Source of the DNA: Paramecium tetraurelia
Lineage: Eukaryota
Assembly (NCBI GenBank): GCA_000165425.1
Contig: CT868079.1
Location: 1 to 64,000, forward strand
Direction: 5' to 3'
DNA: 64,000 bases
Shown in pieces: positions 57,200 through 64,000 of the stretch. Under the pieces are notes generated by a model. It did no database searches, had not been told where the DNA came from, and saw only the letters and a list, made by a program, of their open reading frames with translations. The number at the start of each line of letters is the position of its first letter. Position 1 is the first letter of the stretch. The translations under genes and the position numbers were made by a program.

Positions 57200-60100
57200 A
57201 TGATCCCATATCCTCCCATTATTCAACCAACACTAAGGTCAGCAAATCAAAGCAGTGGATTCAAAGACTCTGAAGACAAATTTCAACATTCCACACCTAA
57301 ATACGTGTTAAAAGTTCCGATCCCATCACTAGCCACATTACAATAAGCACCTTAATCAGATAACAAAAGTAAATCAGGACATAAGGAGAATAATTTCAGT
57401 GCTATGACATTCGATTAGAAGTATTAATTGACAATTCAAAAAGAAAATGGAATCCAGATAGCCAAGGCTCTGATAATAAATGCGTGTTATCTTAATCAGC
57501 CAAGAAAGTCAACACTGAAAATGATGATGGCTCAAGTATTGTAGAGAAGTCTTTTACAGAAGCAGCCTAAAAGATATTGAAGATTAAAAATCTCGAATTG
57601 GAAAACAAAGTTTCATTGCTTGTTATTGAAAATGAGCGTCTTACAACATTTCTAAACGATTAATTTCAAGAAAATGAAAAATTAACTAACGACCTTCAAA
57701 ACAATCAAGCAAGTCTCTAGGATTTGTCTAAACACTATGAAGATAAATTGAATATAGTCTTATTGGAAAATGAGAAGATTGTAGCTATAAATCAAACTTT
57801 GACTATGAAAAATGAATAGATGCAAAATCAAATAAAAAGATTGTAGAGTGAGAGAGATGAGGAAATCAATAAAACTAGGAAAGAATGGGCAGGGAAATAC
57901 CAATAATAAATTAATTAAATTGATGAAATGAGAAAAAGTGAAATACATTAAGTAGATAATAGAATTGATAAGTTACAATTTGAAAAATCAGAATTACAAG
58001 CATTAATTTAAGAGTAACAATAAAAATTGATGGAATTCTAAATTGAACTCAAAGTCAGAGATCAGACCTTGATTGATTATGAAAATGTTAAAGCCGATTT
58101 GGCATCTAAAATCCATAGAATTGAAATGATGAGTTAAACCATATTGGCTTAAGAGAAGAGAATATATGATTTAGAAGCTAGATTAGATATAATGGTGGCA
58201 GATAATAAATAATTGCATGATGTTAATGAATAATTAAATTAAACATAAAGAATTTTATAAGGAACAATGGAAGATAGATAGATTGAATTTGATAGAGAAT
58301 AACATAAATTAAAAGATTTCTATGAATTAGAATTAAGAAATTTGAGCAATAAAAATAAATAATAAACTGAGGATATCAAACTTAAACATCAAGAATAATT
58401 GTAGGCATAAAGAGTATAAATAGAAAATGAGTTGATTAAAGAACTAGAATAATACAAGATGGAATTGGAGACTAAACAAAATGAATTAAATAATAACTTA
58501 TTGATTTGGTAGGAAAAGGAGAAAAATATCACTTAGGAGAATAGGAAAGAACTAGAGATAAAAGATCAAATGATATAAACATTGAAATTCTCGAATTAAA
58601 GTTTATAAGATTAGATGAATCAATTATAAGCATTAATCAGCAAGTAAGATATTCATATTTATAAGAATGCAAGAAGACTTCGATAGTCAATATAGTTAGA
58701 AAGAGACAGAGTGCGTTAAGATGGCTAAGAACATTCATCTTAAGGAGTAGGCATTGAAATAGATGAGTTTAAGATTGGATGAAATTTGTAAGTAATTGAA
58801 GATCTTGGAAGAATAGAGAGATGAATTGAGTTAAGAAATGAAGGATAAGAATAATAAGGTCAAGGATCTTGAAATGAAATTAGATATTGTTGTCAAAGAT
58901 AATGATACAATGGAAAATCAATTGAAGAATAATCAAACTTAGGTAAGAGTTCTAAATTGATTTAGTTATAATTAATGGAACAGAGATATGCCAATTTAGA
59001 GTAGACCAGTGAATAGAAAATAGAAGATATGAAGATATAATATTCATTAGAAGTTTAAGCATAGATTGAGCAATGCATCACTTAATATTAATAAACTATT
59101 AAGTATGAGTAGGATCACTCTGAATAATTAATGAAGAATTTAAAGAAATAGTAAGAAAAAGCTAAGCATTTTGAATTGTTGAGTGAGTAATAATTAAATG
59201 ATATGGAGAAATTGAATAAAAGAATAGAAGAATTGATAGATGTTTGTGAATAGAATGGGTCCAAAATGATGACACTAGAGAATCTACTTAAAGAAAGGGA
59301 TAATGACTATGATGTCTTAAATCAAAAGTTTTAGTCAGTAGCAGATAATTATGAATTGTAATTAATAAAAATAATTCTTAGATAAATAGATGTTTTGAAC
59401 AGATAAATGTATGATATGGGTATCCAAAATGAGGATTTGGCTTCAAATTTGAATTAAACATAAGAAACATTTATAAGTATGATAGACTATTAACTTTTAG
59501 AGTAAGAAGAATAGAGAAAGAAAATCATGAATGATTTGGCAGAAGTTACAAAATAGAAGATCGATTAAGATTAGTTAATAAAGAAGATGAGAATTCAAGT
59601 CTAGGCATTAGATGAAGAGAACAGAAAGAATTCGGAAGATTCTATAAAATTTAAGAATTAGGTTTATTAGTTATAGTAGGAAATTGAAGAGATTACTCGA
59701 AGTATGCAATTGAATTTTGCAGAGAAGGAGTAGGAATTACAAAATAAATATGAAAATACAATCATGGATTTAAACTAATAGTTGAATACCTTAACAATGA
59801 GATTCAATGATTTAGTTAGAAAGGAGAAAGACAATAGATTTAGATTAAAATTATTGAAAAGCAATCCTTAGATGAAATTACCATCAGAATTAGAAGACGA
59901 GAATTGCTATGAGACAATGAAGAGGAAGATGGAAGATCAATCACAATATCTTTAGAGATTAATTTTGGAAAATGACGAATTAAAACAATAACAATATTCT
60001 CACATTAGTAAGGGCTCATTAAATGATTAATAAAAGTAGAAATCGTAAAAATAAAGCATGAATATCATCAAGGACTACACTACTTAAGATTCAGATCGTA

Positions 60101-60334
60101 CTATTCGATAAAATGAATATCAAAAGACCATGAATCCTTTTAAATAATAGCCAGTAAAAGTAGTGCCTGTATTATATTTTAACTATTATCAAGGCAATGA
60201 ACAATTCTCAGAATATTCTTGATTAAAGGTACGGTAGTAACAGGCCTATTGAGAGAGAAGTCTACCTAGGCTAAACACAAAATACTAGAACGGAGCCCCA
60301 TTTATATAGGAAATAATCATTATAACGATTTTGA
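57200..60334 (+). CDS. Long coiled-coil protein
   Basis: ELENKVSLLVIENERL and about 800 residues of Q/E/K/L heptads; several short introns; ends approximate. Confidence 0.7.
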
Positions 60335-60497
60335 ATAAGAATATAATAAATAATTTAAAGAACCTCTTTTTTTTGGTAAATATGTGGTTTAGTATTGTAA
60401 AGTATATAAAATTCATAGTCATTCAACTCTTTCATTTAATTGAAATCGCACTTTCTTATGCCCTTCATATAATTTAAAGGTGTAATCCGAAGCAATT

Positions 60498-60835
60498 TCA
60501 TAATAGCTTTTTGTTGGAGAAAGACTCTTGGTTGATTGTTCAATCAAATCAAAGACAGTTCTTTTATTTGAATTCTGTTCATTTTAAAGGATATTAGAAG
60601 ATTGAACTACTTAAATTGGTTATTATGAGGAATTGGACTTAATCTATTTATTGTCATCCTTCGACGCATTTGATTCTTAAATAAGTTGAAATGGGATTAG
60701 TTTGAGAGTCTTCAGATTTTTCCTCTAATTGATTTCAGTTTTAGTTTTTGGGGAAAACGTAGCAAGTCCTAAGTATTTATGATTAAGAGTTGGGCCATCT
60801 TCCTCATCTTATAAGACATTTAAGTTCGAATCCAT
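60498..60835 (-). CDS. Small hypothetical protein
   Basis: MDSNLNVLQDEEDGP... open for 112 codons to TGA at 60498. Confidence 0.45.
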
Positions 60836-61020
60836 AGAACAGTAGATCTGCGATATATTGTTTTATTATTTATAATCAAATGATATTCAACGAATATAAA
60901 TCTGGTGTTTGTAATTTTAGTCAAATTCATTGAATATTAATTTAGATTTTCTATAATATAACAAAGAAATTCGAATAATGATAATTGAATAAAATAATAT
61001 TTATTAATTAATTAATACAA

Positions 61021-62965
61021 ATGGTTGATGCTAAACAATTGATACCCATGAAGCGATTTTTGGAGACCTAGCAAGATAAAATCAAATTATTTTCTCTTGA
61101 TTAACCTGAACAAATTCATATGTAAAATTTAAATCACTATTCAAGTTACCATAATATAGGTCGTGTAACAAAGATTGAAACAAAATCCATATAAGAATAA
61201 AAGTCAAACACTTCGATAGGATTCTTCGCAGTTTATGGTATAATGTAACTAAAGAATTGGTCATATTTGCTATTGGTTACAGAGGCCAATATGGTTGGAT
61301 AAATAGTGCAAAGAACAATATTATAAGTAGAGTAGATAAGTTTCTTGCCCTTGGTTTCCAATGGAAGATTAAATGAGTAATTCTATTAATCTTAGCTTTT
61401 TAGTATTCACGCAGATGATTAGGCTTATTGCAAAATGCTAAAGGAAGTGTTTTCCACAAGAACATTATATTTCAGCTATGAGTATGATTTGTCTAATCCC
61501 TTCGATAAAGTAATGGGGAATAATTCTCAATTTGGTACTCAACAAAAGACCAGCGAAGGACTTCATTATTATAAGATTCCAAATCATCGATTTGTATACA
61601 ATTGGGAACATATCAAATTCTTAAATCAATTTCAAAGTACAAATCTACCAGCCTTGCAATATTGGTAAACCATATTCATAAGTGGATGTGTTATGATAAG
61701 ATATTGTAAACTGAATCAACAGTCTGATTGCTTTTTAATTTTGGTGAGTAGAAGAGAAACTCTAAGATCAGGAAGAAGATTTGTATAAAGAGGATGTGAT
61801 TAAGATGGAAATTGTACCAATTTTGCCGAAACTGAATAAATATTAATACTCAATAGATAGGAATCAAGAGATATTTACTCATTTGTTTAGACTAGAGGAT
61901 CTATGCCATTTAATTGGTAACAATAACCAACATTGAAATGGGCACCTAAAGCATCAATCATAGGAGATAGAAGTTACAACTCTGAATTGTGCAAAAAACA
62001 CTTTGAAAAATGTGCCGAATCCTATTAGCAATTATAAATAATTCTTAATTTAATTGATAAAAAAGGCACATAAAAAATGTTAGGAGAATATTTTACCAGT
62101 ATGATTAGTAGTGTTAAAACAGTAAAAACGAAGTATGTTTGGTTTGATTTTCATCATGAATGTAGAAATATGAAGTATGAGAATCTCTCTAAATTATTAA
62201 ATGAAATTAAGGAAGATCTCAAAAAATCTGGATATTTTCATGCTGAAATTGACAAAAACAATTATAACCATTTATCTAACATACATTAATAATAGTCAGG
62301 AGTTGTAAGAACTAATTGCATGGATTGTTTAGATAGAACTAACGTGGTTCAATCAGTTGTCAGTAGAAATTTCTTATTGCAAGTTTTGAATTAATCAAAC
62401 ATCATTCATACCTTAACTGGTGAAGCATTACAAGTATTACCTAATGATCTTGAACAGATATTTAGAGATCAATGGACTAAGAATGCAGACATAATGAGTG
62501 TCTTGTATTCAGGAACTGGAGCATTGAAGACTGATTTTACCAGAACTGGTAAAAGAACCTTCTGGGGTTCATTATAGGATGGCAAGAATTCATTACATAG
62601 ATATTACATCAATAATTTTGTTGACGCTCACAATTAAGTAATATAATCATATAATTATTAGAATTGCATTGATTTGGCATTAGGAAAATTAGAAGCAGAT
62701 AAAGTTAACTATAAGAAACCTAAATTCAATGGTGTCTTGCAGCTATTCATTTTTGTAATTAGTTATTAATTATCTATAGATCATTATCCTGATGTATATC
62801 ATGACAAGCTTCTTACCTGGGTTAGTTCTAAATGAATAATCTGCATATGGAAATTCTTGTTTAATGCAACTATTTATTTTTGGAATAAGTCTGTTCATTA
62901 CAAGTAAGATTTTACTGAAAACCCATTATTTGTTTATATCCAAACCAATAAGAGATCAAAATTGA
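61021..62965 (+). CDS. SAC1: SAC1 phosphoinositide phosphatase with C-terminal TM segments
   Basis: [66 protein letters not shown] (CX5R), [17 protein letters not shown]. Confidence 0.95.
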
Positions 62966-62999
62966 TTATCTAATATATAAGCATATATCAACAACATCA

Positions 63000-64000
63000 T
63001 CATGCTTTACAAGGCATATCTAATCTCTGATAATAGGCATTCAATGACCCAACATAAGTGAATAAGATTGCAATCACTACGCTAATATGCCAAATTTGAT
63101 GACTCTATCCACAATTATCGAATTTCCCTGGATTTTTCTTTTCAGGAAATCTTTTCAATACAAATATGAGATGGCCATAGCAGCATAATAAGGCAATTAT
63201 GATTAATAACTATATTCTTCCAAACAAGTATCACCGATTGCAAAATGAATGAGTGGAATGGCACTCGTAAATCCAAGTCCTGCAAATAATTTGTTTTTTA
63301 AGGATCTCCATTCTGTAGTATAGAAGAAATCAAACAGACAAAAGCTAAAGAGAATGATGCCAAAAAAGCCTTATAAACTGGCATATATGATTGCATATGT
63401 TAGATTGCATTAGAATCCATAAATAATGGAGCAAATGTCGAACCTGAAACAAGAAAACATATGCCAGCATAATCTAATCTAATGAGTACTTTGTTCACAT
63501 TTTCCGAGAGACAGTAAAAATGATGATAAGTTGTACTACATCCTAAAAATATGATGGCTGATAATAGAAATGCAATCAAGGCCATCTGGATATCATTTTA
63601 TGAAATTTCTCTTAATCTATGGTTTGTCTTCCAGTGAGATGTTGAAATTCTAAATATAAATTAATCCAGACAAAATCTTTGGATTCAACAATTTCTGTGG
63701 CTTTTTATTTATATTCTTGAATGATTTCTGAAATATTATAATTCCATTTCAGTTTTTCCCAATCGAAGGTTTCTTCAATATTTTGTTGGATGAGAATTCA
63801 TAATCGTATTAGTACTTCATTAATATACTTGTTAACAGTGTTAATCTTTTCATGCAGTTGTTGCTACATCAATTAAACATCGTCCTAATTATTGTTAGAT
63901 TTTTTATTCAAGAGTGAAAGCATGTTCATAAATGTTGTGTAATAATTCTACATAAATGGTTGTTTCATGTACCATTGAAAGTCTGATTGGCTCTATGACG
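63000..64000 (-). pseudogene. PAQR/adiponectin-receptor (Hly-III) family, 3' part; apparent frameshifts
   Basis: CSTTYHHFYCLSE, RLDYAGICFLVSGS, RFPEKKNPGKFDNCGQSHQIWH; -1 at ~63421 and a further lesion at ~63170-63195; 5' end beyond the window. Confidence 0.75.

Noticed and set aside
60824..60833. GTTCGAATCC, a B-box-like motif
   Set aside because: No cloverleaf; it is the reverse complement of the start of a small ORF (ATG GAT TCG AAC)

Overview
Eukaryotic, very AT-rich DNA from a ciliate macronuclear-type genome, almost certainly Paramecium. Genes only read through when TAA/TAG are translated as Gln (TGA is the sole stop), introns are tiny (about 21-31 nt, GT...AG), intergenic spacers are often under 100 nt, and a T1-type trichocyst matrix protein gene is present. 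The supplied standard-code ORF track is therefore mostly fragments or antisense shadows. I re-translated by hand with the ciliate code; exon boundaries and some ends are approximate. About 35 genes/pseudogenes: six members of one Ser/Thr kinase + Q-rich + coiled-coil family (two share a ~600-bp near-identical inverted segment ending at the DFG motif, one carries a 14 x 42-bp array), an N-myristoylated F-box protein with cullin-repeat-like helices, a UBL-like/coiled-coil/degenerate alpha-kinase, a soluble-adenylyl-cyclase-like protein with STAND NTPase, PH and SH3-like modules, a Cys25->Gly cathepsin L, plus NAP1, 3R-Myb, TMP, SF-assemblin, SFT2, glutaredoxin-like, PEX6, B-box/Kelch, acid phosphatase, bromodomain-ET, SAC1 and PAQR. 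Several genes carry apparent frameshifts (pseudogenes or assembly indels). No tRNA/rRNA, CRISPR, transposon, telomere or convincing IES was seen.
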